From positions 1 to 59,951 of the forward strand of contig DAIDIY010000011.1 of the NCBI GenBank assembly GCA_027451625.1: a stretch of 59,951 bases of DNA. The letters run 5' to 3'. The stretch comes from Candidatus Daviesbacteria bacterium. GTDB lineage: Bacteria; Patescibacteriota; Microgenomatia; Daviesbacterales; UBA10151. The notes beneath the pieces were generated by a model. The model was not told the origin of the DNA. It saw only the letters and a program-made list of their open reading frames with translations, and searched no databases. Positions 34,362 through 43,647 of this stretch are shown piece by piece. Every line of letters begins with the position of its first letter. Within the stretch, counting starts at the first letter, position 1. A program made the translations under genes and the position numbers.

Positions 34362-36959
34362 ATGAATAATAATTTTTCTACTCCAATGATGAAGCAGTAC
34401 TCATCTATAAAGAAAAACTACAAAGATTGCTTAGTATTATTTAGAGCAGGAGATTTTTATGAGCTTTTCTTAGAAGACGCTAAGATAGGGGCGAATATTT
34501 TGGGTATCACTTTAACCAAAAGACCTGAAGGCAAAGATGGATTAATTCCAATGGCTGGAGTTCCCTACCATGCAGTGGATTCTTATTTGGCTAAGCTTGT
34601 TAAAGCAGGATTTAAAGTTGCAATATGTGAGCAATTATCACCTCCAAATAAAAAAGGAATAATCAAAAGAGATGTAATTCGAGTTATCACTCCTGGTACT
34701 TTAGTTGATGAAAAAGTTTTAGACAAAAAAGAAAATAATTTTTTAATCAGTTTATCTGTTAAAGATGATATTTTTGCTTTAGGTATTGTTGATCTTTCAA
34801 CTGGAAATTTACAAGTTTTACAAAGTTACTATCGTAATTTGGAACAAGAACTCATGGATGAGCTAGTAAAGCTTCACCCTTCTGAATGTATTTTATCACC
34901 AGAAAATTATACAGATTTAAATCTTTTAAGATTACTAAAAAAAGAGAGAGGAATGAGTATTTATCCTTTTGAAGATTGGGACACATTTACCTCAAATGCT
35001 GAAGAATTCCTAAAAGATCATTTCCAGGTAAGAAATTTATCCGGGTTCGGGATTGCAGATTTACCTTATGCCAAAGAATCAGCCGCTGCTTTGATCGGTT
35101 ATTTAAAGATCACTCAAATGAATAAAATAGGGCATATTAAAAAGATTAGCCTTGCAACAAGTTCAGATCATGTTATTTTAGATAAATCGACACTGCTGAA
35201 CTTGGAAGTCTTTTCTACTATTTTGGATCGAGGAAGTCAGGGAACTCTTCTTTCTGCTATTGATCAAACTCAGACAGCGATGGGAGGAAGAATGATAAAG
35301 AGTTGGTTATCCAGGCCTTTAACTTCAGTAGAGTTGATAAATAAACGACTAGATGCAGTGGAATATTTTTTAAAAGAAGATGATCTATCGTATGAACTAG
35401 ATAATATTTTAGCTAAAATTTCAGATATAGAACGAATACTCTCCCGTTTATCTATTGGAATAGGGAATGCTCGTGATCTTATTTTATTAAAAGACAATCT
35501 AGTATCAGTTCTTGAAATTAGAGATTTATTAAAAAATTGCAAAAATGAAATTATTTGTGATCTCTTAAAACTTTTTAATAAATCTCTTAGGGATGTAATA
35601 TCGTTAATAGAAGAAAAGATAGTGGATGAACCTCCAGTTAGTTTAAGAGAAGGAGGATTTATAAAATCAGGAGTTTCACCTCAACTTGATCGTTTACGTA
35701 GAATAATTGGTGGAGGAAAAAATTGGATAACTCAGCTAGAAGTAGATGAAAAGGAAAGAACTGGAATTTCAACTTTAAAAGTAAGATTCAATAAGGTTTT
35801 TGGCTTTTATATAGAAGTTAGCAAAGGTAGTGCTAATTTGGTACCGAAAAATTATATCCGCAAACAAACTTTAGTAAATGGTGAAAGATTCATAACTTCT
35901 GAATTAAAAAAGCAGGAAGAAATTATTTTAACTTCAGAATCCAAAATTAATGAACTAGAATATAAATTATTCCAAAATATTTTAACTAAAGTCTTAATTT
36001 CTACAGAGTACATTCAAAATGCCTCATTTGCAGTTGGAGTTATTGATTGTTTAAATAACTTCTCTAAGATTGCCAGACTTAATTATTATATTCGCCCAAA
36101 AATTGTTTATTCTGGAGAGATAAGGATAAAAAATGGCCGTCACCCAGTTGTAGAACAGATGCTAGAAGGCGGAGGATTTGTAGGGAATGATGTTTTACTC
36201 AGTAAAACATCCAATCAACTATTGCTTATTACCGGACCTAATATGGCGGGTAAATCGGTTTTTATAAGGCAGGTAGCATTGATTGTAATTTTATCTCAGG
36301 TTGGTAGTTTTGTTCCAGCGGATAAAGCATATATTACACCAGTTGATAAAATTTTTGTCCGCAGCGGGGCAGCAGATGCAATCAATTCAGGGATGTCAAC
36401 ATTTATGGTGGAGATGAGTGAAACAGCGAATATTCTAAATCATGCCACATCAGACAGCTTGATCGTAATGGATGAAATAGGCAGAGGAACAAGCACTTAC
36501 GATGGAATAAGTATTGCTTGGGCGATAGCCGAGCATTTGGTCACAAATAGCCAATTCTCACCGAAGACATTATTTGCAACTCACTATCATGAATTACAAA
36601 AACTGGAACAAAAATATCCAAATCGGATAAAAAATTATCATTTAGAAGTAGAAAATATAAATAATGAGCCTATTTTTTTACATACAGTTTTACCTGGAGC
36701 TGCTCCGTTTAGTTTTGGATTAGCTGTAGCTAAATTAGCTGGAGTACCTCACTCTGTGATCGAGGATGCGTTAAAGATTCTCGAAGAGTTAGAGAAAAGA
36801 GGAGTAGCTCAGGCAATTTCTCCAAGCTTTAAAGAACTAGATCGTAATAAAAAGATATCAGGGGTTTTGGAGTTTATACAGTCGATCGATTTGGAAAATA
36901 CGACCCCGCTGCAAGCACTAAATTTAATCTATGAAATTAAAAAGAAAGTGAGAGTGTAA
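34362..36959 (+). CDS. mutS: DNA mismatch repair protein MutS
   Basis: TPMMKQY, GDFYELF mismatch-binding motif, Walker A motif GPNMAGKS, DEIGRGTSTYDG, THYHEL. Confidence 0.95.
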   Translation: MNNNFSTPMMKQYSSIKKNYKDCLVLFRAGDFYELFLEDAKIGANILGITLTKRPEGKDGLIPMAGVPYHAVDSYLAKLVKAGFKVAICEQLSPPNKKGIIKRDVIRVITPGTLVDEKVLDKKENNFLISLSVKDDIFALGIVDLSTGNLQVLQSYYRNLEQELMDELVKLHPSECILSPENYTDLNLLRLLKKERGMSIYPFEDWDTFTSNAEEFLKDHFQVRNLSGFGIADLPYAKESAAALIGYLKITQMNKIGHIKKISLATSSDHVILDKSTLLNLEVFSTILDRGSQGTLLSAIDQTQTAMGGRMIKSWLSRPLTSVELINKRLDAVEYFLKEDDLSYELDNILAKISDIERILSRLSIGIGNARDLILLKDNLVSVLEIRDLLKNCKNEIICDLLKLFNKSLRDVISLIEEKIVDEPPVSLREGGFIKSGVSPQLDRLRRIIGGGKNWITQLEVDEKERTGISTLKVRFNKVFGFYIEVSKGSANLVPKNYIRKQTLVNGERFITSELKKQEEIILTSESKINELEYKLFQNILTKVLISTEYIQNASFAVGVIDCLNNFSKIARLNYYIRPKIVYSGEIRIKNGRHPVVEQMLEGGGFVGNDVLLSKTSNQLLLITGPNMAGKSVFIRQVALIVILSQVGSFVPADKAYITPVDKIFVRSGAADAINSGMSTFMVEMSETANILNHATSDSLIVMDEIGRGTSTYDGISIAWAIAEHLVTNSQFSPKTLFATHYHELQKLEQKYPNRIKNYHLEVENINNEPIFLHTVLPGAAPFSFGLAVAKLAGVPHSVIEDALKILEELEKRGVAQAISPSFKELDRNKKISGVLEFIQSIDLENTTPLQALNLIYEIKKKVRV

Positions 36960-36975
36960 TTTAAAATAAATAGTC

Positions 36976-38658
36976 ATGGGCAAAATTAGATCTCTATCAG
37001 ATGATGTAATTGTCAAAATCGCAGCGGGAGAAGTTATAGAAAGACCTGCGTATGTAGTTAAAGAGTTAATTGAGAACTCCATAGATGCTAAAGCACAAAA
37101 TATCAATATTGAAATCGAAGAATCTGGACTGAAAAAGATACTAGTTTGGGACGATGGTGAAGGAATGGATAAAGAAGATCTCTCTGTTTGTTTACTTCCA
37201 CATACAACTTCTAAACTAGAAGATGATAGTTTAATCAAAATCTCGACTCTGGGGTTTCGTGGCGAAGCTCTTTCCAGCATAGCCGCAACTTCAGATATAA
37301 TAATTTCAAGTCGTCCTAGAAATCAAAAGATTGCATACGTTATTAGGTCTGAATATGGGAAAGCAACCCCAATCTCGCCTAAGGGGTCATCTTTCGGTAC
37401 GACTGTGATCGTTAAGAATATATTCGCAGCTGCTCCAGTTCGCAAAAAGTTTGTTAAAAATAATAAGGGTGAATTTGGACGTATCCTTGACATTATCAGC
37501 CAAAATGCACTCTCTAATCCAGGTATTGGTTTCAAGCTGACTCACAATGGTAAGCTAATTTTTAACCTACCAGCTAAACAATCAGTGATGCAGCGAATAA
37601 GACTTTTACTGGGAGAGGAGTATTATATCAATTTAATTCCATTGAAGTTTGAAGAGTCATATCTAAAAATTAGTGGTTTTATTTGTAAACCCCAATATGG
37701 GAGTATTGGAGGGAAGAAGCAATATATCTTTGTAAATCAGCGCCGAATTATAGATCACCTTATATCTACGGCATTTAAAGAAGCCTACGGGACATTGCTT
37801 GAGACTCACTTATCGCCTGCTTTTATTGTATTTCTTGAGATACCATTTGAAATGATAGATGTGAATATCCATCCTAGAAAGGAGACAATTTCCTTTTTTG
37901 ACCGCCAATTCATCTTTGATAATCTGATTAAAGCTGCAACGCAGACTTTAACGGAGAACAATTTAACTTTTTCTAATCTTAGTTGGCAAAAAGGAGAAAA
38001 TGACAAATTAACTCTATCATATGCTGGTAGATTGCTCAAAGGAGATCCTTTTATAAGAGAAGATATCAATTATGAAGAGATTAACTGGAAAAATCCAATT
38101 TTGCAAATTCATAACCAATACCTTATCTGTCAAAGTCAATCAGGAGTTATTGTGATAGATCAACATGCTGCAAGTGAACGGGTACTATTTGAAAAATTTA
38201 AAGAGGCATTCAAAAATTATCGAAATGAAAAATACCATTTACCCAAAGCGTTGATTATGCATTTATCTTATCAAGAGTCAGAACATATGATGCAAGTATT
38301 AACTGATATGTCAAATCTAGGTTTTGTTATAGAACCATTTGGGAATACCTCTTTTAAGGTAGAAGCAGTTCCTAAAATTTTTCAAGATCGAGAGATCAAA
38401 CCTTTATTAATGGAATTATTAGAAGATCTGATCTCAGAAACAAAACTTTCGGATATAGATAATAAAACACAAAAGATGTTGGCATACCTTGCCTGTAGAG
38501 CAGCTGTAAAAGCAGGAGATAAACTTAGCTTAAATGATAGACGTAAATTAATTAAAGAATTGGCAAAATACCCCACATTCTATACTTGTCCCCATGGTAG
38601 ACCTATTAAGATAGAATTAATTCTTTCTAATTTAGATAAGATTTTTAAAAGAACTTAG
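36976..38658 (+). CDS. mutL: DNA mismatch repair endonuclease MutL
   Basis: GHKL ATPase motifs (VVKELIENSIDA, DDGEGM, GFRGEAL). C-terminal endonuclease motifs DQHAASERVLFE and CPHGRP indicate MutH-independent repair. Confidence 0.95.
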   Translation: MGKIRSLSDDVIVKIAAGEVIERPAYVVKELIENSIDAKAQNINIEIEESGLKKILVWDDGEGMDKEDLSVCLLPHTTSKLEDDSLIKISTLGFRGEALSSIAATSDIIISSRPRNQKIAYVIRSEYGKATPISPKGSSFGTTVIVKNIFAAAPVRKKFVKNNKGEFGRILDIISQNALSNPGIGFKLTHNGKLIFNLPAKQSVMQRIRLLLGEEYYINLIPLKFEESYLKISGFICKPQYGSIGGKKQYIFVNQRRIIDHLISTAFKEAYGTLLETHLSPAFIVFLEIPFEMIDVNIHPRKETISFFDRQFIFDNLIKAATQTLTENNLTFSNLSWQKGENDKLTLSYAGRLLKGDPFIREDINYEEINWKNPILQIHNQYLICQSQSGVIVIDQHAASERVLFEKFKEAFKNYRNEKYHLPKALIMHLSYQESEHMMQVLTDMSNLGFVIEPFGNTSFKVEAVPKIFQDREIKPLLMELLEDLISETKLSDIDNKTQKMLAYLACRAAVKAGDKLSLNDRRKLIKELAKYPTFYTCPHGRPIKIELILSNLDKIFKRT

Positions 38659-38717
38659 TTTAGATCAAAAGTTAATATAAGAAATAAAAATAATGCACTT
38701 TTTATAAAACTAGTTCC

Positions 38718-38746
38718 TTGTTTATTGATTTTAAAAATGTTATAAA
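38718..38746 (+). promoter_or_regulatory. candidate promoter close to the cyclophilin start
   Basis: TTGTTT (38718-38723), a 17-nt spacer, TATAAA (38741-38746), then 8 nt to the GTG at 38755. Confidence 0.3.
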
Positions 38747-38754
38747 AACAAATT

Positions 38755-39426
38755 GTGAGCCAAAAGAATATTACAATTACGATTTTAATTGCAATCTTGT
38801 TGGTTATTAGCTATTTTGTCATCCATCAAATAGAAAAGAGTGTGGTTAATATGCCAGGAAATAATAATGTTAATAATAGCTTATCGCTATCACCTTCAAC
38901 TGCAGGGTCGAGTGCGACTCAATCTCCTTTAAATGAGACTACCTCGACTCCAAAAAGACATTATACAAAATTTCCAGGAATACTTCCTCAAAGCGAACTG
39001 GAGAATAAAAAGGCGGTAATTATCACTGATAAAGGTGAGATTGATTTTCAAATTTATCCAGAAGCTAGTATGGCTGCATCTAATTTCATTCATCTGGCTA
39101 ATGATGGATTTTATAACGGTTTGACTTTTCATAGAGTAGTACCAGGATTTGTCATCCAAGGGGGCGATCCCTATGGAAACGGAACGGGAGGTCCCGGTTA
39201 TACATTCCCTGATGAACCAGTAACAAGAAAATATGATAAAGGGATAGTTGCAATGGCTAATGCAGGACCAAATACTAACGGTTCTCAATTTTTTATTATG
39301 CTTGAAGATGATCCAAATCTACCTCCTAAATATACTATCTTCGGTAAAGTGATTAAAGGGCAAGATGTAGTTGAAAGAATCGAGGTAGGAGATGTGATGA
39401 AAACGGTAAAGATAGAGAACTTATAG
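38755..39426 (+). CDS. cyclophilin-type peptidyl-prolyl cis-trans isomerase, membrane-anchored
   Basis: FHRVVPGFVIQGGDP, GTGGPGYTFPDE, MANAGPNTNGSQFFI. N-terminal TM segment ITILIAILLVISYFVI. GTG start. Confidence 0.9.
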   Translation: MSQKNITITILIAILLVISYFVIHQIEKSVVNMPGNNNVNNSLSLSPSTAGSSATQSPLNETTSTPKRHYTKFPGILPQSELENKKAVIITDKGEIDFQIYPEASMAASNFIHLANDGFYNGLTFHRVVPGFVIQGGDPYGNGTGGPGYTFPDEPVTRKYDKGIVAMANAGPNTNGSQFFIMLEDDPNLPPKYTIFGKVIKGQDVVERIEVGDVMKTVKIENL

Positions 39427-39479
39427 AATAAGGAGCGGGTAAGGAAAAAAATCTTCGGCCTTATTCCCAAATTAATGCT

Positions 39480-39492
39480 CAATATCTTGTAT
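39480..39492. promoter_or_regulatory. candidate NrdR box 1, adjacent to -35-like TTGACA (39494-39499)
   Basis: CAATATCTTGTAT is the exact reverse complement of the 13-mer at 39553-39565. Extended to 16 nt, it matches about 12 of 16 positions of the NrdR-box consensus as I recall it (acaCwAtATaTwGtgt). Confidence 0.4.
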
Positions 39493-39552
39493 ATTGACAC
39501 TGCAAGGATTCAATATGATAACTTATACATGTTCTAATAAATTGGTCGGTAA

Positions 39553-39565
39553 ATACAAGATATTG
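39553..39565. promoter_or_regulatory. candidate NrdR box 2, 13 nt upstream of the nrdR start
   Basis: ATACAAGATATTG, with core ACAAGATATTGT nearly palindromic. The centre lies 73 bp (about 7 helical turns) from box 1. Confidence 0.4.
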
Positions 39566-39577
39566 TAGCCCGAGTAA

Positions 39578-40030
39578 ATGAGATGCCCATTCTGTAGTAG
39601 TCTTAGTAATAAAGTAGTAGATAAAAGATCGGTTTTAGTATCTGGAGATATCAGAAGAAGGCGAGAATGTTTAAGTTGCAAAAAGAGATTTACTACTTAC
39701 GAAAGATTGGCAGATTTAGAATTGATAGTTCTCAAAAGGGATGGTCGGAGAGAAGTTTTTAGTCGAGAAAAATTAAGAGCAGGAATTAGTAAAGCTTTAG
39801 AAAAAAGACCTAATGCGAATAGTATAGATCAGATTGCAGACAAAATTGAGAAGTATGTTAGAAAACGCGGAGATCATGAGATAGCTAGTAAATTGATTGG
39901 TAGGATGGTATTAACAGAATTGAAAAAGATTGATGGCGTAGCCTACTTGCGATTTGTAAGCGTTTATAGACAATTTAAACATGTTGAGGATTTTGCTAAA
40001 GAGTTAGAGCATCTTAGTGATTTTAACTAA
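39578..40030 (+). CDS. nrdR: transcriptional repressor NrdR
   Basis: Zinc ribbon MRCPFC...CLSCKKRFTTYE followed by an ATP-cone (VLKRDGRREVFSREKL...). Confidence 0.95.
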   Translation: MRCPFCSSLSNKVVDKRSVLVSGDIRRRRECLSCKKRFTTYERLADLELIVLKRDGRREVFSREKLRAGISKALEKRPNANSIDQIADKIEKYVRKRGDHEIASKLIGRMVLTELKKIDGVAYLRFVSVYRQFKHVEDFAKELEHLSDFN

Positions 40031-40036
40031 AAATTT

Positions 40037-42508
40037 ATGAAAAATAATAATAAATTAATAGCACAAGAGATAACCGCTCCAAATAATACTAGACTGGAAG
40101 CCTACGAGCCAGATAAAAATCTTAAAATCGAATCAAAAATTGTCCTGGAAGGAGTTAGAAAAAAAGTCTTTTTAGATAGATATGCCTTAAAAGATAAAGA
40201 AGGTAATTTGATCGAGAATACTCCTGAGGAGATGTGGAGGAGAGTTGCTTGGGGAATAGCTCAGTCAGAAGTAAAAAAAGTACGTAAAGAGTGGGAAGAA
40301 AAATTTTATAGAGTAATGGATGGGTTTAAATTTGTCCCAGCGGGAAGGATTTTATCCGGAGCAGGAACTGGATTTGAAGTTACTTATTTTAATTGTTTTG
40401 TAATTCCCTCTCCTAAGGATTCGCGTCAAGGAATACTTGATGCATTAAAACAGTTAGTTGAAATTCAATCTCGATCCGGAGGAGTCGGTCTTAACCTTTC
40501 TTCTCTTCGTCCAAGAGGTGCAAGAGTTAAAAAAGTTAATGGATTCTCTTCTGGCCCTGTAACCTGGGCGGGATTATTTTCTTATGCTACTCACGATGTA
40601 GTTCAGCAGGGAGGTTCTCGCAGAGGGGCTACTATGCTTATGCTTTGGGATTGGCATCCGGATATAGAAGAGTTTATTACTGTAAAGCAAGATCTATCTA
40701 AAATTAATGGAGCTAACCTATCAGTTTGCGTATCAGATGATTTTATGTCAGCTGTCAAAGAAGATAGAGACTGGGATTTGGTATATCCTGACTTAGATGA
40801 TCCTGATTATGATTCTCATTGGAATGGAGAAATTGATGAGTGGAGAGCTTCGGGTAAAAAAGTTAAGGTCTATAAAACAATTAAAGCAAGATATCTTTGG
40901 AATTTAATCTGTGAAGCTGCTTGGAGATCTGCGGAACCTGGATTGCACTTTTTAGAGAGAAGTAATAAGAGATCTAATACTTGGTATTTTGAAAGGCTTG
41001 TAGCAACTAATCCATGTGGAGAACAACCTTTAGGTCCTTGGGCAGTATGTAATTTAGGTGCAATGAATCTAGCAGCTTATGTTAAAGATGGGGTATTTGA
41101 TTATGAAAATTTTGGCAGTGATACAAAAGTTGCGATGAGATTTTTGGACAATGTCATTGATCAGACATATTATTTCTTCCCTGAGAATGAAAAGATTGCT
41201 AAAGATATAAGACGGACAGGTTTAGGAATTATGGGACTCGCAGATGCTTTAATTAAGATGAAAGTCAAATACGGTTCAGAAGAATCACTTCCTATCATTC
41301 GTAAAATATTTGAGACTCTCCGCGATAATGCTTATTCAGCTTCAGCTGATATTTCATCTGAGAAAGGAGCTTTTCCTAAATTTGATAAAGAGAAATATTT
41401 GCGGGGATATCATATTCAAGCTCTACCGGATGATATAAGAGAAAAGATTGCTAAAGATGGAATAAGGAATGCAGTCCTTTTGACTATCGCTCCTACTGGA
41501 ACAACTTCTACAGTTGCAGGAGCTAGCTCGGGAGTAGAACCTGTGTATGAGTTTAGTTATAAGATGAAATGGCGAGATGAAGGGAATCGTGGATGGAGAG
41601 AGGATGTAGTTTATCACCCATTGTATCAGGAGTGGTTGAAAGATCATCCAAATGGGGAAAAACCTGATTATTTTGTTTCGGCTAATGATCTTACTCCTAT
41701 GGAGCATGTGAGAGTACAAGCGATAGCTCAGGAATATATAGATGCATCAATTTCTAAAACAGTTAATGCTCCCAATTCGCATACTATCGATGATGTAAAG
41801 CTGCTTTATATGGCAGCTTATGATATGGGGCTTAAAGGTGTTACTTATATGAGGGATGGATCCAGGGAAGGCGTGTTAACTAGAGTTGAAGATAAGAAAG
41901 AAGAGAAGCCAATTTCTGCTAATAATCATCGGCCAATGGTACTAAATGGACGAACTTATGAAGTTATGACTCCTGTAGGAAAGGCATTTATTACTATAAA
42001 TCGTGATAACAATGGGAATCCGATTGAGTTATTTGCTACTGTAGGGAAAGGTGGAATGCATGTAATGGCTGATGCGGAGGCTTTAGGAAGATTAGTCTCA
42101 ATAGCTCTTCGTGCATCAGATAATCCAAATAAAGTTGCGCATAAGATAGTTTCTCAGTTAAGAGGTATTGGAGGATCCTCTCAGATTGGATTCGGAAAAG
42201 ATCGAGTTATGAGTCTTGCTGATGCAATGGCTAAAGTTTTAGCTGAAGATTTATCTCAGAAATCTCATGAAGAAAACGAGTCATTACCCTTGCCTATAGA
42301 AGATACCGCTCTGTTTAATGATAGAACTAATGGACTGAGTACTTCAAATGGTGCTGTAACGAATGGTCAAGCTAATTCTGGACAGTTGGCTATTCTTGAG
42401 GATCATATAGAAAGAAGCGGTGATTTATGTCCTGATTGCGGTAATGCAACTTTAGTTTACGAAGAAGGATGTTCAAAATGTTATACATGCGGTTTTAGCA
42501 AGTGCTAG
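40037..42508 (+). CDS. nrdJ: class II (adenosylcobalamin-dependent) ribonucleotide reductase
   Basis: FVPAGRIL, catalytic NPCGEQPL, TIAPTGTTS, ISKTVN. C-terminal Cys-rich zinc tail CPDCG...CSKCYTCG. No NrdB-like partner nearby. Confidence 0.85.
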   Translation: MKNNNKLIAQEITAPNNTRLEAYEPDKNLKIESKIVLEGVRKKVFLDRYALKDKEGNLIENTPEEMWRRVAWGIAQSEVKKVRKEWEEKFYRVMDGFKFVPAGRILSGAGTGFEVTYFNCFVIPSPKDSRQGILDALKQLVEIQSRSGGVGLNLSSLRPRGARVKKVNGFSSGPVTWAGLFSYATHDVVQQGGSRRGATMLMLWDWHPDIEEFITVKQDLSKINGANLSVCVSDDFMSAVKEDRDWDLVYPDLDDPDYDSHWNGEIDEWRASGKKVKVYKTIKARYLWNLICEAAWRSAEPGLHFLERSNKRSNTWYFERLVATNPCGEQPLGPWAVCNLGAMNLAAYVKDGVFDYENFGSDTKVAMRFLDNVIDQTYYFFPENEKIAKDIRRTGLGIMGLADALIKMKVKYGSEESLPIIRKIFETLRDNAYSASADISSEKGAFPKFDKEKYLRGYHIQALPDDIREKIAKDGIRNAVLLTIAPTGTTSTVAGASSGVEPVYEFSYKMKWRDEGNRGWREDVVYHPLYQEWLKDHPNGEKPDYFVSANDLTPMEHVRVQAIAQEYIDASISKTVNAPNSHTIDDVKLLYMAAYDMGLKGVTYMRDGSREGVLTRVEDKKEEKPISANNHRPMVLNGRTYEVMTPVGKAFITINRDNNGNPIELFATVGKGGMHVMADAEALGRLVSIALRASDNPNKVAHKIVSQLRGIGGSSQIGFGKDRVMSLADAMAKVLAEDLSQKSHEENESLPLPIEDTALFNDRTNGLSTSNGAVTNGQANSGQLAILEDHIERSGDLCPDCGNATLVYEEGCSKCYTCGFSKC

Positions 42509-42608
42509 CTCCAGTTAACTTGAAACAAATTTTCAGCAGTTCTGATCTTCCGTTTATCTTACTGTTTTGTACTAATTAATTTGTACAAAATTTAGTATCT
42601 TTGGAAAT

Positions 42609-43034
42609 ATGAGTGATAATGAACTCGGGACATTTGATGAAACATTAGAAGATACATATAAGTTTCTCAAAGATTTAGAAGATAGACTTGGGTGGACAGG
42701 AAGAAGATCACAGACTTTCCGTCTAGTCAGATCAGTCTTTCATGCCCTGCGGGATAGGTTGCCAGTAAATGAGGCAGTACAGTTTGGAGCTGATCTGCCC
42801 TCGCTTTTAAGAGGGTATTATTATGAAGGATGGATAGCCGCAGATAAACCTATAAAGATGAATAAAGAAGAGTTTATAAAGAGAATACATAAAGAGTTTA
42901 ATTTTTCGACTGATTTATCTACTGAACAACTGGTAAGTACAGTGATGGAGTCATTAGGTCGTTTTATTAGTAAGGATGAGAAGGAGGATATAAAAGCTGT
43001 TTTACCCAAAGATATCTCGCCTATGATTAGATAA
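42609..43034 (+). CDS. DUF2267 domain protein
   Basis: 141 aa. FLKDLEDRLGW...RSQTFRLVRSVFHALRDRLPVNEAVQFGADLPSLLRGYYYEGW is the typical DUF2267 pattern. Confidence 0.65.
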   Translation: MSDNELGTFDETLEDTYKFLKDLEDRLGWTGRRSQTFRLVRSVFHALRDRLPVNEAVQFGADLPSLLRGYYYEGWIAADKPIKMNKEEFIKRIHKEFNFSTDLSTEQLVSTVMESLGRFISKDEKEDIKAVLPKDISPMIR

Positions 43035-43078
43035 GTCAAGTTCTTGATTTTTGGCACTGCCGTGAGTAGTATTTGCTT

Positions 43079-43639
43079 ATGGCGGATAAAGAATTTCATG
43101 ATTTTAAAGAACAAGATAAAGGGTTGGTCATAGTTTATACGGGAGAAGGTAAAGGAAAAACGACTGCAGCTTTAGGGTTAGCTTTAAGAGCTGCTGGTTA
43201 CAAAAGAAGGGTTTTAATTATTCAATTTGGTAAAATTTGGTTTACCGGCGAATTAGAGGGAGTAAAAAGATTGAAACCTTATGTAAAACTAATACAAGGA
43301 GGAAAGGGATTTGTTAAGATCTTAAATGATAAGATTCCCTTAGAAGAACACAAAAATGCGGTCATTAATACATTTAATCTTCTCTGCTCAGAGGTTACTT
43401 CAGGAAAATGGGATGTAGTAATTGCAGATGAAATCGTAGGAGCTTTATCGGCGGGGATGATCTCTTATGAAGAAGTCTCTAAATTAATTCATGATAAACC
43501 TCAACAATTAGATTTAGTGCTGACTGGTCACCATGCAAGTGCTGCACTTTTAGATTTAGCTGATATGGCGACTGAAATGGTTCCAATTAAACATCCCTTT
43601 GAAAAAGGATTTTTAGCAAAACCGGGAATTGATTATTAA
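43079..43639 (+). CDS. cobO: cob(I)yrinic acid a,c-diamide / cob(I)alamin adenosyltransferase (CobO/BtuR type)
   Basis: P-loop GLVIVYTGEGKGKTTAALGLALRAAG, LIIQFGK, ADEI, TGH. ATG at 43079 preferred over the TTG at 43073. Confidence 0.8.
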   Translation: MADKEFHDFKEQDKGLVIVYTGEGKGKTTAALGLALRAAGYKRRVLIIQFGKIWFTGELEGVKRLKPYVKLIQGGKGFVKILNDKIPLEEHKNAVINTFNLLCSEVTSGKWDVVIADEIVGALSAGMISYEEVSKLIHDKPQQLDLVLTGHHASAALLDLADMATEMVPIKHPFEKGFLAKPGIDY

Positions 43640-43647
43640 TTAGGGAG

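Noticed and set aside
40037-42508. Intein or other insertion in nrdJ, given its 823-aa length.
   Set aside because: There are no intein block motifs (Cys/Ser-start with a His-Asn-Cys junction, or LAGLIDADG). The extra length is explained by the N-terminal extension and the C-terminal linker plus zinc tail common in class II RNRs.
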